Below, in pieces: positions 38,801-48,421 of a stretch of DNA of 64,000 nucleotides; within the stretch, counting starts at the first letter, position 1, and each line of letters begins with the position of its first letter. The stretch covers positions 2,393-66,392 of the forward strand of contig DCTZ01000028.1 in NCBI GenBank assembly GCA_002329485.1, read 5' to 3'. Position numbers and translations under genes: made by a program. The notes below the pieces were generated by a model that searched no databases, was not told the DNA's origin, and worked only from the letters and a program-made list of their open reading frames with translations. This DNA comes from Bacillales bacterium UBA1427. GTDB lineage: Bacteria; Bacillota_I; Bacilli_A; ML615J-28; CAG-313.

Positions 38801-39535
38801 CTGGCCGTTTTGATTGATTGTCACATAATCGTTAGGAACTACTTCCCAGGAATAAGTGATGAAACTGTTGAGCGAATGTCTGGTAGGAAGTTCCAAAGCG
38901 CCGAAGATTTCTCTCGGAACTCTGGCTTCGATGTCTTGCAATGCTTTTTCGACCACTTCATCAAACGAAAGCGGAGTTTCCGTTATTGACGAAGCTGTTC
39001 CCGCAAACGATACTTGCCATTCGTTTTCCGAAACGCTGTAGTTATGAAGAATGACCGGCAAAGTAACGCGTTTGTCAAGGAAACTTTGCAATACCGAAAC
39101 ATTGGATTGATCGTAAACTAAAATGGCATTTCCGTCATCGTCGGTCAAAGTGTACATGTTGGCGGTATTCTTTCCGACAGTTGCCACAAGTTCAACGTAG
39201 GCGCCGTAAACACCGGTTCTTTGGGTTTTGTCTTTCGATTTGATTGCGGTTACGGTGCTGGCGGATTTGGTAATTGGGAGGGAATTGCTTTTGCTTGCGA
39301 CTTTAACTTCTTTAACGTTTTTGATTTGAGGGAAGTTTGCAATATAGCTGAATTGCGCTTCGAGTTGGACTTTATCGCCAACTTCGACATTCGGTGTCCA
39401 GGAACTACCCATGACAACAAAGACACGTCCGAGTTCGGAATCCGCGATATAGAACCCGTTCTTGATTACGCCGTAAACAACGCCTTCGACTTTAACGTCT
39501 TGGTTGTTGGTTGCTTCCTGCAAGACGGGTGGCAA
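35864..39535 (-). CDS. Large (about 1220-1260 aa) surface lipoprotein with triplicated ~380-aa modules (OB-fold-like plus Ig-like). Its N-terminus is disrupted, so this may be a pseudogene or a phase-variable gene.
   Basis: The long ORF has no ATG and no signal peptide. The true RBS+ATG lie at 39650 (GGAGGaaaaATGAAAATCAAACGT TAA) and encode a lipoprotein signal peptide (LLSIFVLVVAVSLWSC). That peptide is interrupted by an in-frame TAA at codon 6 and is out of frame with the body; the frame switch is at the A6 tract (tgtAAAAAAgat) near 39566-39571. Confidence 0.55.
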   Translation of the reverse strand: MPPVLQEATNNQDVKVEGVVYGVIKNGFYIADSELGRVFVVMGSSWTPNVEVGDKVQLEAQFSYIANFPQIKNVKEVKVASKSNSLPITKSASTVTAIKSKDKTQRTGVYGAYVELVATVGKNTANMYTLTDDDGNAILVYDQSNVSVLQSFLDKRVTLPVILHNYSVSENEWQVSFAGTASSITETPLSFDEVVEKALQDIEARVPREIFGALELPTRHSLNSFITYSWEVVPNDYVTINQNGQVTVTLSETDQEVTLKVTISDGTESRTVDYVITSKAITERTVTDLNQNTPEVNMSTVIVRGVVVAIARNQSLSLRSFILQDPETKETCSVDFGNSGEGILNSSDEFKAIHLGDEIVVTGKYRLTGRPTIMNVTKMEVLSSGNECEHDFENAFVLKDAESYEAFGEDIYPHLNKLVKFENPFVNFSTSSTPADTNWVRLGYDETSPNAGHGPVGSRINYAFLIAAQNESLGSENWYKVFDIPFVNQPAIQLQGTIYAYAMYVSDSYLAFVIPDWGCWQFSKQLTIENELGQNIPDSIEEGAIVLPTTHELVTGDVVWTSSHPEVVDPVTGTVYPVEENTEVTLTATYTYDGVEYQSTYKVVVRAQVVLTVSQVLATMNDGDIVKVKGVIAGYSSDGNNSAVTDGIILIDNETGEMLLVNGMKNMYPGSAYGAYLDSQGHALAIGDEIILVGKYLHNAAGIGSSGAPQTGRKHIDLNIVGSSVHYESTVGEIHFDFENALVIDSTDDLQSLADNLQYGKLIKFVGTKETPVYIGGSSNSAPFNVKVFLKLATDNNGTKYNGLIFSFKTDVNIPNAGANWWFDIFDIEKPFIGPSTTIPAIPCEGEIYAVVCAMTGTYYQMSIVAVEESTIRRVYTPEQFEAALDAKVPDAFEEGPFTLPLNTRHTPQITWTSSNPSIINIETMTVAKVTTNTQVTLTATYVFEGVEYSTDLTVTVMAPPPAEPLTVGEVLANGVSGVEMPVRGLVVGFQSDGTTSGTLRGIILMDKTTKDIILVDGMENTPNSAAYPDFKDKDGRKLAIGDEITLVDVTYTVGDFGRISLLATASTVISTVSTGNEITWDTSKAIVIDSNEDMIAFAQNPQFGVLIKFVGTESDPFYFGGSSSTPSSVNYKFLFNKEAVNNNGTKYEGQTFSFKKTVNDANLGVGWWETYFDLPEAFIAPDTNNPKIGYTGTIYAVLNSRTGTYWQLSFVNPSGLSVSKLS

Positions 39536-39687
39536 TGGCCGTTGGAGTGAACGGTTCCGGTTTCGGATCTTTTTTACAGCTCCAAAGACTGACAGCTACT
39601 ACCAATACAAAGATTGATAATAATTAACGTTTGATTTTCATTTTTCCTCCTTTTAATTATTCATTACCATGCAAATCGGATAGCATG

Positions 39688-40503
39688 TTAATTCCAGATT
39701 TTTTGAAAAAAGATATTGAGCAAATCATTTTGTTGTTTCATCCGTTTGGCTAAACCGAGTTGTCGGTTAGTTTCAAAAGTAAACGTAATGGCATCATAGG
39801 TTTTGCCAAAGTAATGATTAAAGCTTCCTTCCGGAGGATTGGCATCGGTGATAAACGGTGTATCGGACGGATCCAAAGTATCGTTGAAATCTTCAACCAT
39901 TTCTAGGGCCAACATGGCGCCTTTTTTGTTGCCGTAGATGATTTCGTCACCGAGCAAAGGGCTTGGATCGGAATAACTTCTTTTTGATTCATGCAAATCG
40001 ATTAAATAAGTCGGAGAAAATTCCGTAACTACCTCTACGATGGCGTAAGCTATCCGTTCCGTGACGGTACCGTCGGCTTTACCCGGGAATTCCCGGTTAA
40101 GGTCGGTATATTTGACGTTGTTGTACATACCGTTGTTGGTGCTTCCCGGATAACGCTGTTCCAACTGGGTGGCAAGGATATTGGCCCGCGGAATAATCAT
40201 GATTTCACCTTTGAAGTCCTTGCGTTCCACCAAGGCATCGGCTACCATCCAGCCGGCGATTTCGTCGCCGTGTATTCCGCCGACGATAACGACTTTCGGA
40301 CCAGGAAGATTGCTCTTGAAGTAATATACTTCGGTTTCGTATATGGTACCGGTCAAAATCTTTTTGCTGGTTCTTTCAACAATGTTTTCGGGGTCAGGTT
40401 CTTGTTGTTCTTTACATGCCGCTAAGGTCGAAGCAAAGATGACAATGCCGATTAATAGGCACAGCCTTTTAAAGAGCCTTGTAAAGAAACCTTGCTTTGT
40501 CAT
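39688..40503 (-). CDS. M14-like zinc carboxypeptidase-family lipoprotein (gamma-D-glutamyl peptidase / AstE-AspA-like)
   Basis: Lipobox LAAC. Zinc-ligand blocks VGGIHGDEIAG and IDLHES are present. Confidence 0.6.
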   Translation of the reverse strand: MTKQGFFTRLFKRLCLLIGIVIFASTLAACKEQQEPDPENIVERTSKKILTGTIYETEVYYFKSNLPGPKVVIVGGIHGDEIAGWMVADALVERKDFKGEIMIIPRANILATQLEQRYPGSTNNGMYNNVKYTDLNREFPGKADGTVTERIAYAIVEVVTEFSPTYLIDLHESKRSYSDPSPLLGDEIIYGNKKGAMLALEMVEDFNDTLDPSDTPFITDANPPEGSFNHYFGKTYDAITFTFETNRQLGLAKRMKQQNDLLNIFFQKIWN

Positions 40504-40514
40504 AGAAAATCATC

Positions 40515-40727
40515 TTATTCGAATAATTTTGCGAAAGCAGGAACCATTTTGGTTGCTTTGGAGAATAAATACAACGGGATGTTGTTGTTTTTGCTGAAGT
40601 TGGTAAAGAGGTTGTCCTGATCGCCGCCCTTATCGTCGCCGCCTTTTTTACAGCCGACAATTGTGAAAGCAAGCAAAAGAAGCAAAATGACAAAAAATAG
40701 TTTACTTTTCTTTAAGCTTAAGTTCAT
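40515..40727 (-). CDS. Small lipoprotein (70 aa; lipobox IVGC, G/D/K-rich linker)
   Basis: ORF with signal peptide MNLSLKKSKLFFVILLLLLAFTIVGC. Confidence 0.4.
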   Translation of the reverse strand: MNLSLKKSKLFFVILLLLLAFTIVGCKKGGDDKGGDQDNLFTNFSKNNNIPLYLFSKATKMVPAFAKLFE

Positions 40728-40751
40728 GTTTTACTCCTTTACAATTATTTC

Positions 40752-42023
40752 TTAAATTACATAAAAAGTTTGTTGTAACAATTTGAGGAAAATTGTTACA
40801 ATTAAAAGATCAGCACTTCCTCCGAAACTGATGTTGTTTTTAACGCAGAGGTCGGTCACTTCGGCAATTCTTTCGAGATCGTATTCTTTGATTGAAGCAA
40901 CCAATTGTTTGAAATACTGATACTTTTCCAAGGAACCGGCACGTTTCAGTAGAACCGTATCTTGGCATTCGCCGATAATTTTAATCAGCAACATCATTAA
41001 CGAAGCCGGCTCAAGGGATACTTGCTCGGTAAGGTTTTTTTGCACCAACAAGTACCCCTGAGACGCTTCATATCTTGCACCGCCGATGCCGTACTTTTGA
41101 TATGCATGCATTCCAAAGGACTCGGGGGGTATCGAGAGTTCCTGCATCAAATCAACCGTCATGGCTTTGACGGCGGAGAAGATCGAAGAAAAAGGTAGAT
41201 GGTGGCCAAGGACATAACCGCTTGAGGCAAGGGTCAGTCCGAGGGAAAAGATTAAACCTTTGTAGGCATTAATGTTTCCGGTGGCCTGCAACATGGATTG
41301 TTCCGAGCTTTTGCCGATTTCCCGGCATTCTTTAAAGAGTTTGGGCAAATCGGTTTCGTTCAACCCTTTGAAGAACATATCGACCAAAGGAGGAATAATC
41401 GCATCCTGAGCCTTAATCATGAGATTGTAATCCATATCGGGATGGCTTCCCCGACTGTAAGGGGTAACCAGACCGAACTTGGGATGAAGGTTTAGCTCCA
41501 GCATCAAGCTTTGTTTGACCAATTTGAAAAGTGTTTCTTTGATTACCGAATAAACGTTTTTTTCGATTGCGTTTAGCAGTTCCAAATAAGAGTGTGCTTG
41601 GTTTCTTCCGCAAACAAAGGCGGGATTATCGCATAAATAACATTTTCGTAAATTATTTCTGGTTTTACTTTTATATGACTTCTGATATACATCGATATCG
41701 ACGAAGCGGCCGAGCGGGGTGGTTTCTTCGATTTTGGTCATTCGGGTTTTCCAATCAGTTTCCGGATCCACCCGATAGATATAGGCAGGACCGTCGTATC
41801 CGTCGATTATCAGAGGTTTTGTGTTCAGTAAGCGATTAAGCAGTGCACCGTAATACCGAACCAAAAGATAACTGACCGGAAGGCGTTTTTCGGGACCCGG
41901 GATATTGGCTTTCAGAACCACGGCGCCGAATCCGTCATCGATGATTGTTTTAACAGTTTCGCTGCGCTTTTCCCGGTCTTCCAAAATAAGTTTACTGATT
42001 GATTTCATATTTTTGCCGGGCAA
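40752..42023 (-). CDS. citXG: Fused CitX-CitG: apo-citrate(citramalate) lyase phosphoribosyl-dephospho-CoA transferase plus triphosphoribosyl-dephospho-CoA synthase
   Basis: 423 aa. The N-terminal ~170 aa are CitX-like and the C-terminal ~250 aa are CitG-like. It sits in the operon with citC and citDEF. Confidence 0.7.
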   Translation of the reverse strand: MPGKNMKSISKLILEDREKRSETVKTIIDDGFGAVVLKANIPGPEKRLPVSYLLVRYYGALLNRLLNTKPLIIDGYDGPAYIYRVDPETDWKTRMTKIEETTPLGRFVDIDVYQKSYKSKTRNNLRKCYLCDNPAFVCGRNQAHSYLELLNAIEKNVYSVIKETLFKLVKQSLMLELNLHPKFGLVTPYSRGSHPDMDYNLMIKAQDAIIPPLVDMFFKGLNETDLPKLFKECREIGKSSEQSMLQATGNINAYKGLIFSLGLTLASSGYVLGHHLPFSSIFSAVKAMTVDLMQELSIPPESFGMHAYQKYGIGGARYEASQGYLLVQKNLTEQVSLEPASLMMLLIKIIGECQDTVLLKRAGSLEKYQYFKQLVASIKEYDLERIAEVTDLCVKNNISFGGSADLLIVTIFLKLLQQTFYVI

Positions 42024-43002
42024 GGGGCTTCAGAATCGAAGCAATGCTTCTTGGCACAAGTTCCAAAGCCTCCTCGATTTTGTTTTCCAAAATAAGTTTC
42101 CTAACCGTGGTGGCGCTGATCGGTTTGCCGTTTTTTTCGAACCTTGGGGAGATGGTTACCTGGTCCTGCAACACTTCTTTCAAAGCGTTATTGTATTCGA
42201 CCATGACCGGATCGGTTTCGGTTCCCAGATACCGGTGACTGATATTGAGCTCTTTCATAAAATAGTTTTTAAAAAGCAAAGCATCGAGCAGCGTATATTC
42301 TCTGTTGCGTTCTTCTTTGGTTTTTAAAAAATAGGTTGGGAAAGTAAGAGCGGATACCATATATTTGCTGGACGGCAAAACGATGACATTTCCGAGATGG
42401 GCCACCGCCAAAAAGACCATGGAAAAGCGTTCCGGAAACGAAAAGAGCGAATAATCTTCTTCGACAACAAAGACAATGAAATAATGGTGTTTTTTGGCCG
42501 AACTTTCAATCAGCTGCAAATGGCCGAGCGTAATCGGATTGCAATTGACGACCATGCAGCCGATGTTGTAATTTTTGGGATTTGCAATCCCCAGTTTGTA
42601 CTTGATCTGCACTTTCATCTTTTCGATTTCGTCTTCAATCGAAGGATGTCCGCCTTCCAAAATCGCGACATTGGCAGTGGAGGCAAGCAGACGAAAGTTC
42701 ATGCTTTCAAAAAGTCGGATGTTTTTCGTGGGGGTAAAAACCCGATAATTGTAAATATGCTGATTTGCCAATGAATTTATCATTTCGGTGACAAGTCTTG
42801 ATGCGTAATTTTCGTTTTGGTATCTTTCATCCACCGCAAGACATTTCAGAATATTTTGTTCGCGGGATATGGTTGCGATTACTTCATCGTTTTCTTCGAT
42901 ATATAATGTTTCGGTCAGATTGGGTTCCATCGTCAATCCGTTTTTGGCAAGCAGGGCTTTGATTTTGATAAATTCGCTTTTGTCGATGGCTTGTTTGAGC
43001 AA
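41992..43002 (-). CDS. citC: [Citrate/citramalate lyase] ligase (acetate:SH-ACP ligase)
   Basis: 336 aa with an N-terminal GNAT-like region plus a cytidylyltransferase-like domain (NPITLGHLQLIE). Confidence 0.8.
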   Translation of the reverse strand: MLKQAIDKSEFIKIKALLAKNGLTMEPNLTETLYIEENDEVIATISREQNILKCLAVDERYQNENYASRLVTEMINSLANQHIYNYRVFTPTKNIRLFESMNFRLLASTANVAILEGGHPSIEDEIEKMKVQIKYKLGIANPKNYNIGCMVVNCNPITLGHLQLIESSAKKHHYFIVFVVEEDYSLFSFPERFSMVFLAVAHLGNVIVLPSSKYMVSALTFPTYFLKTKEERNREYTLLDALLFKNYFMKELNISHRYLGTETDPVMVEYNNALKEVLQDQVTISPRFEKNGKPISATTVRKLILENKIEEALELVPRSIASILKPLARQKYEINQ

Positions 43003-43017
43003 ACTGTCACCTTCCTT

Positions 43018-44538
43018 TTATTTGTATTGGTAAAGCAGATCGATAATCGAACCGTCGCGGTAACGGACCAAACCGATTACTTTATCTTTCAGTTCGATAC
43101 GTTTCGGGGTTCCGGCGATTCGTTGGCTTGTTTCCAACAGTTTTTCGATCGGAACAAGCGGGAGTTTTGAACCGGCCAATTTTTCGAGCAAATTGGTTCG
43201 TTTCGGATTGACGGCGATTCCCCGTTCCGTAACCAAAATATCGACATCTTCGCCCGGAGTCGTAACCGTCGTTACTTTGTCTTTGACAATCGACAAACGC
43301 GATTTCAAAAGGGCCGAAGTAATGATGGTGACTTTGGCACCGTAAGCGGTGTCGGAGTGTCCGCCGCTTCCGCCGATAATCAATCCTTTCGAATCGGTCG
43401 TGACGTTGACATTAAAGTTTGTGTCGATTTCGGTGGCTCCCAAAATGACAAAATCCAATTTGTCGACGATTACTTCGGGGTCGTACGGATTGGCATAAAC
43501 CGAAGCCGACATCGGAAGATGGGCCGGATTGTTTTTAATCGATTCGACCGCCTGCAAATCGAAACACTGCACATCGTACAGTTTTTCGAACAGTCCTTCG
43601 TTCAGCATATCGACGATATACCCGGTGATGCCCCCCGAGGCAAAGGAACCTTTGATGTGTTTATCCTGCATTTTTTCTTTGACATACTGGGCAACAGCCA
43701 AACTGGTTCCGCCGGCTCCCGTCTGCATCGACATACCGTCTTTGATGAAGTCAAGTTCGTCGAGGAGTTTAGCGGTATTTCGGGCGATTTTGAGACCGAT
43801 CGGATCTTTCGTAATCTTGGTCGTACCGGAGACGATTCCTTTTGGATCGCCGATTTTGTCGAGTTTGACGACATAATCGACATATTCGCAAGGCAAATCC
43901 ACCCGTTTTAGGGAATCGATGATACTGTCGGTGACAAGGACAACTTTTTTGGCATATTTCAAATCGCTGATGGCATAACCCAGGGAACCGCAGGCACTCG
44001 GGCCTTCGATTCCGTTACCGTTGCCCTTAAGGTCTACGGCCGGCGCGGAAAGGATTGCAACATCGATTTTCAGATCGCCGCTTTCGATGGCACGGGCTCT
44101 GCCGCCGTGGGTATCCATGATCAACAGTCCTTTCATCAAACCTTTGCCGATGGTTTCGGCTACCGGACCGTTTAGATAATTCGTTGTAATATCGGTAACA
44201 TTTCCGTTTTCGATTAATTCCGATAACACCTGATTGTTGGGAAAAATCGCGCTCGGTGCGAGGTGCATGTTTTTCAGGTTTCGTTTTTTGATTTCTTCCA
44301 TCACCATATTGAAGACATAATCGCCGTTACGCAGGTGATGGTGAAACGACAGCGTCATTCCGTCGGTTATTTTTAAGGTATCGAATAAAGCTTTGATACT
44401 GCTTAAGAATACAACTGTTTGGGATTTTGCTTTTTCGGGAATTAAGACCCGCTGTTTTTCTTTGAAAGCCGAGCTGGCGGTAAAAGGAACAAACGAAGCA
44501 GGCAAAAGTTTCGGATCATAATTTTGCATATATATCAC
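43018..44538 (-). CDS. citF: Citrate lyase alpha-subunit family (CoA-transferase); probably citramalate lyase alpha
   Basis: 506 aa. Full-length CitF-like. Confidence 0.85.
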   Translation of the reverse strand: MIYMQNYDPKLLPASFVPFTASSAFKEKQRVLIPEKAKSQTVVFLSSIKALFDTLKITDGMTLSFHHHLRNGDYVFNMVMEEIKKRNLKNMHLAPSAIFPNNQVLSELIENGNVTDITTNYLNGPVAETIGKGLMKGLLIMDTHGGRARAIESGDLKIDVAILSAPAVDLKGNGNGIEGPSACGSLGYAISDLKYAKKVVLVTDSIIDSLKRVDLPCEYVDYVVKLDKIGDPKGIVSGTTKITKDPIGLKIARNTAKLLDELDFIKDGMSMQTGAGGTSLAVAQYVKEKMQDKHIKGSFASGGITGYIVDMLNEGLFEKLYDVQCFDLQAVESIKNNPAHLPMSASVYANPYDPEVIVDKLDFVILGATEIDTNFNVNVTTDSKGLIIGGSGGHSDTAYGAKVTIITSALLKSRLSIVKDKVTTVTTPGEDVDILVTERGIAVNPKRTNLLEKLAGSKLPLVPIEKLLETSQRIAGTPKRIELKDKVIGLVRYRDGSIIDLLYQYK

Positions 44539-45402
44539 CTACTCCAAATGGTATTTTTGTGCCATCTTGATAATCTTTTGGGCCCGGTCGATAATCGGTT
44601 TGTCGACCATCTTGCCGTCGAGACTGAAGACGCCCAAATTTTTCGCCTGCGCCTCTTCGGTGGCTTTCAAGACGCGTTTGGCCCAAATGATTTGTTTTTC
44701 GCTTGGCGAAAAGACTTGATTGATGATATCGATTTGGTTGGGATGGATGGCGGCCTTGGCATTTAACCCAAGGGCTTTGGCTTTCAAAGCGTCTTCCTTC
44801 AATCCCGCATAATCGGTCGTATCGGTAAACGGCGTATCGATGGCATCAATTTTATAGGCTTTGCAGGTGTAGGCAAGCTTAGCCCGCGGATACCAGATTT
44901 CCGTTCCCGTTTTGGTTCTTTCGACTTCCATGTCGACCGATAAGTCTTCGGCACCGAGCAAGATGCCGCTGACGCGAGGCATCTTGGCGATTTCTTCCAT
45001 CTGCATAACACCCATGGTTGTTTCGATAATCGGCACAATGCCGATTTTTTTCTGCATTTTTTTCTCGTTTTCGATAATAGTCAGAACCTGGTCGATCAAA
45101 AAGCATGATCTCGGGCCGGCTTTCGGAAGCATGACGGCATCGATTTTATCGGATACCACCGCTTTCAAATCATCTTCGTAATAAGGTGTGTCCGGCGCAT
45201 TGATACGAATGACAATTTCCATCGGCACATCGGTTAGGCTTTCCAAATAGTAATGCACGAGGTTTCGGGCGTTGTCTTTTTCGTTAACATGCACCGCATC
45301 TTCCAAATCAATGATGACCGCATCGCTTTCGAAACAGTCGGCATTTTGAAGCATGGCCGGATTATTCCCCGGAATAAACAACATACTCCTTCTCATAAGC
45401 AT
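44539..45402 (-). CDS. citE: Citrate lyase beta-subunit family (citryl/citramalyl-CoA lyase)
   Basis: 287 aa, HpcH/HpaI/CitE fold blocks. Confidence 0.85.
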   Translation of the reverse strand: MLMRRSMLFIPGNNPAMLQNADCFESDAVIIDLEDAVHVNEKDNARNLVHYYLESLTDVPMEIVIRINAPDTPYYEDDLKAVVSDKIDAVMLPKAGPRSCFLIDQVLTIIENEKKMQKKIGIVPIIETTMGVMQMEEIAKMPRVSGILLGAEDLSVDMEVERTKTGTEIWYPRAKLAYTCKAYKIDAIDTPFTDTTDYAGLKEDALKAKALGLNAKAAIHPNQIDIINQVFSPSEKQIIWAKRVLKATEEAQAKNLGVFSLDGKMVDKPIIDRAQKIIKMAQKYHLE

Positions 45403-45650
45403 TTCTCCATTCTTTGGATTGCGGTGACGAGCCGGGCTTTGATGGTGTAATCAAGCGCTCCTTTGTCTTCGCAAATGACTTCGATTTTCTGAATATTGAG
45501 TTCTTTCAACGTATCTTCGATCACTTTCACGATCGCATCGTGAAAGAAATCGTCGACAATGCTTTTGACGCTGATGATTAAGGCATCGCTGTCTTTGACC
45601 GTAATCATTGCATCGTTCGATTCAAGTGTTCCGGCTATTCCCATTTTCAT
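45393..45650 (-). CDS. citD: Citrate lyase gamma subunit (acyl carrier protein) family
   Basis: 85 aa with the AGTLESND prosthetic-group serine context. Confidence 0.8.
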   Translation of the reverse strand: MKMGIAGTLESNDAMITVKDSDALIISVKSIVDDFFHDAIVKVIEDTLKELNIQKIEVICEDKGALDYTIKARLVTAIQRMEKCL

Positions 45651-45672
45651 ACCGAAACCTCCTTTTTAATAT

Positions 45673-46917
45673 TTATTTCCTGCTGTTGGCCAGCGCAATT
45701 ACCCGATTCATGGCATTCTTGACAATCATGAAGCCTTCGTCCACACCCATGCCGGGTTTGGCCAGACATTGGGTTGCTTGGCAGGCGATGGCGATATTGG
45801 TTGTAACTTCGCTCGAAATATTCGTTTCGTTGCAGGTGCCGCCGCAGTAACTGCCGACACCCATTTTGTTGCAATAAATAATGGCTTCGGCTACATTGTT
45901 GACGCCGCCCAAATCAGGGGTTTTGATCTGCAACATATGGCCGGCACCGTTTTCGGCGAAATATTTGATATCTTCCAAGGTATTGCACCATTCGTCCGCA
46001 ACAATTTCCAAAGTGCTTTGTTTGGCGTTTAGTCTTGAAGTTAGGACTTGCAAGTATTTCATGGTGCCTTCGCGGTCGCCGGTATCTACCGGACCTTCGA
46101 TACGCAGTTTAAACGGTTTGGCCGCATTTTCCAATTCCAGCAGATAGTTGACCATTTTGTCGACATCGTTGTTGAAGGCGATGCCGATTGTGCCGTAAAC
46201 ATCGATATGAAGAATCGGATTGTAGGCCGGATTTTTCCGGTAAGTGATAATTCGGTTTTTCAGCCATTCCACGTATTCAAGCAACAATTCGCCGTTTTTG
46301 CCGAGTTTGGTTTCGACGTTGTTGATTAAGGCATGAGGAAGCACATCGGCTTCTTTGATAATCATTTTATCCGCATTGATATAACGATCGTCCCCGCTTT
46401 GGGTAAAGACCGGAATCGGTTTGTAAACTTTTTCGGCAATGCCGTATTCTTTACGAATCACTTCGGCCATCGTCAAATGATGGTAATTGGCACACGCATT
46501 CAAAAAGGCTTGGGTCAAACCGTAACGGATAGCAGTGTGGAGACGTTTGCCATCGATGGTCAGGGAATCGTATTTTTCGGCTAGTGGTCTAAATGAATCG
46601 ATTTCTTCGCCAATTAACATCGGAACGATTTTTTGTTCGATAAACGGAATGAATTCATCGGCTAAGAAAAGCGGATCTCTTCCGCCGGCACCGGAGTATT
46701 GAACTGCTGCGCAGTCTCCGATACCGATAACCCCGTTTTCCAAAATGATTTGAATCGAAATTGCTTCGCCGGTTTGACGGATGCTTTTGAAACCGGGAGT
46801 TTTAGGTTCCCCGAGATAGATAAATCCGTCGTTCCTGGCGCCTTTTTTTATGGCCAATTGGTCATCGAAATAAAACCCAGTATATGACTTCGATAATAGA
46901 ACATTTTTGATTTTCAT
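45673..46917 (-). CDS. mal: Methylaspartate ammonia-lyase (beta-methylaspartase)
   Basis: 414 aa, collinear with clostridial MAL (GDCAAVQYSGAGGRDPLF, QSGDDRY, DEWCNT, IKTPDLGG). Confidence 0.9.
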   Translation of the reverse strand: MKIKNVLLSKSYTGFYFDDQLAIKKGARNDGFIYLGEPKTPGFKSIRQTGEAISIQIILENGVIGIGDCAAVQYSGAGGRDPLFLADEFIPFIEQKIVPMLIGEEIDSFRPLAEKYDSLTIDGKRLHTAIRYGLTQAFLNACANYHHLTMAEVIRKEYGIAEKVYKPIPVFTQSGDDRYINADKMIIKEADVLPHALINNVETKLGKNGELLLEYVEWLKNRIITYRKNPAYNPILHIDVYGTIGIAFNNDVDKMVNYLLELENAAKPFKLRIEGPVDTGDREGTMKYLQVLTSRLNAKQSTLEIVADEWCNTLEDIKYFAENGAGHMLQIKTPDLGGVNNVAEAIIYCNKMGVGSYCGGTCNETNISSEVTTNIAIACQATQCLAKPGMGVDEGFMIVKNAMNRVIALANSRK

Positions 46918-46941
46918 ATTTGTTACTTCCTTCTTTTCATA

Positions 46942-48414
46942 TTAAATTTCGTGATAATCTGGTCGTCCGATGAGATGACCTTTGCTGACTGCGTAAACAT
47001 CGTCGATTGTCAATTGGAACGAAATCGGGCGGTTTTCGTAAGCGGCCCGTTCGGCAATTTTCTTCCGATGAAATTCTTTGATGTCTTCGGTGAATCCGAG
47101 ATTACCGAATTCCAAAATCCGGATATTGCCTTCGTTGTCGCGGGCCGGCAAAACCAGTCCCGCATTGTATTTGCTTGGGGCAAACGGTACATCGATTAAA
47201 CCTTGGGCAAATGCTTTGACAATACCTTGGGCAATGTCGCCTTCGCCGACTTTGATGATGCAATCCATCAGGCAATCGACTTCTTTTTTGATTTGGGCAA
47301 TTTCGGCTTCGAGTTTCGGACTGTCAGGCATTTCCTGATCCTGCAAAAGCGTAACAACAAATTTGGAAGCTTTGATGCCCATTCCGTTGGCTTCTTTGGT
47401 CGGTACGCCGATTGATTCGTGCGGACTCTTGGTAATCATTTTCGTTGCTTTCGAAAGTGCCGCAACCGTAGAACTCAAAGCAATCAGACCCATGGCTTCG
47501 GATTCGTCCTGAGGGAAGCCGCCCATCCATTGGTGGAAAACGGTTGTTACGATGCAATCGTTGTAACCGAATTTGTGCAAATATTCCTCGGTTTGGGACT
47601 GCAAGGCTTTGATTGCGGCGACATCCTGGATAACGTTACCGCCCATACCGTAACCGACGGTAATGTTTTTGACGCCTTGCTCTGCCGCAAGCAGCGCTTC
47701 GACAATTCCGATTGTATTGGAAATCGAAGGCGGAACGAGCGTTCCGGTTAACGGACCAAACGGTTCGCGGTTGATGGATACTCCGTGTTCTTCGTAATAA
47801 CCGACCAGGCGGTCGCAGTATTGCCAGTATTTGATGGTTGCTTCAATCGAAACATCTTTGGCATATGGAATGTTATAGGAAATCGCTCCGCCTTCGTTAG
47901 AGGTCCAACCGGCGGCATGAATGATTTCCGCAAGCAATCTGGCATCAGGCGTGCCGTGACGGGCCTGAATCGGAACGTTCACGGCTTCCTGAACCTGTTT
48001 GCATTTGCTTACCCCGTGATTGACGGCCGGAAAACCGTTGAGAAGCGCACGGCCCAATTCTTCGCTTTCTTTGATGCCGCGTTCTGCTTCGTTGTAACGG
48101 TTTTGTCTGGTGTAACTGTCGATGGTCGACGGAACAAAATCCGCACCGCTAGCTTCAAGGTATTGCAACAATTCGATATGGGATTTCAAGACCGGCACGC
48201 CCGCCCTAGGTTGGACAAGGGTACGGCCCTGTTTTTTGGCTTCCGCAAGTTTCAAAGCAAAATTCTTGTGGGCCGGGATGGTTTTCAAATATTTAACTGC
48301 TTCGTCTAAATCAAGCTGAGGATCGGAACCGGTTTTGTAACTGGCGAGAACCTCCTTGCGTTCCGCAAGAAACTCTTCGAGTGTCATTTTTTTGTTTTTA
48401 ACCATAGATATCAA
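46942..48414 (-). CDS. glmE: Glutamate mutase E (epsilon) subunit
   Basis: 490 aa with a strong match to GlmE/MutE blocks ([34 protein letters not shown]). Confidence 0.9.
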   Translation of the reverse strand: MISMVKNKKMTLEEFLAERKEVLASYKTGSDPQLDLDEAVKYLKTIPAHKNFALKLAEAKKQGRTLVQPRAGVPVLKSHIELLQYLEASGADFVPSTIDSYTRQNRYNEAERGIKESEELGRALLNGFPAVNHGVSKCKQVQEAVNVPIQARHGTPDARLLAEIIHAAGWTSNEGGAISYNIPYAKDVSIEATIKYWQYCDRLVGYYEEHGVSINREPFGPLTGTLVPPSISNTIGIVEALLAAEQGVKNITVGYGMGGNVIQDVAAIKALQSQTEEYLHKFGYNDCIVTTVFHQWMGGFPQDESEAMGLIALSSTVAALSKATKMITKSPHESIGVPTKEANGMGIKASKFVVTLLQDQEMPDSPKLEAEIAQIKKEVDCLMDCIIKVGEGDIAQGIVKAFAQGLIDVPFAPSKYNAGLVLPARDNEGNIRILEFGNLGFTEDIKEFHRKKIAERAAYENRPISFQLTIDDVYAVSKGHLIGRPDYHEI

Positions 48415-48421
48415 AGTCCTT

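Noticed and set aside
39633-39650. Mini-ORF MKIKR* as a possible leader peptide
   Set aside because: The downstream in-frame sequence is a perfect lipoprotein signal peptide. A premature stop within a disrupted start is the simpler explanation.
45393-45650. Possible loss of the prosthetic-group serine in CitD (sequence ESND instead of ESGD)
   Set aside because: The serine of the LES motif is retained. Only the following residue differs, so the ACP is probably functional.
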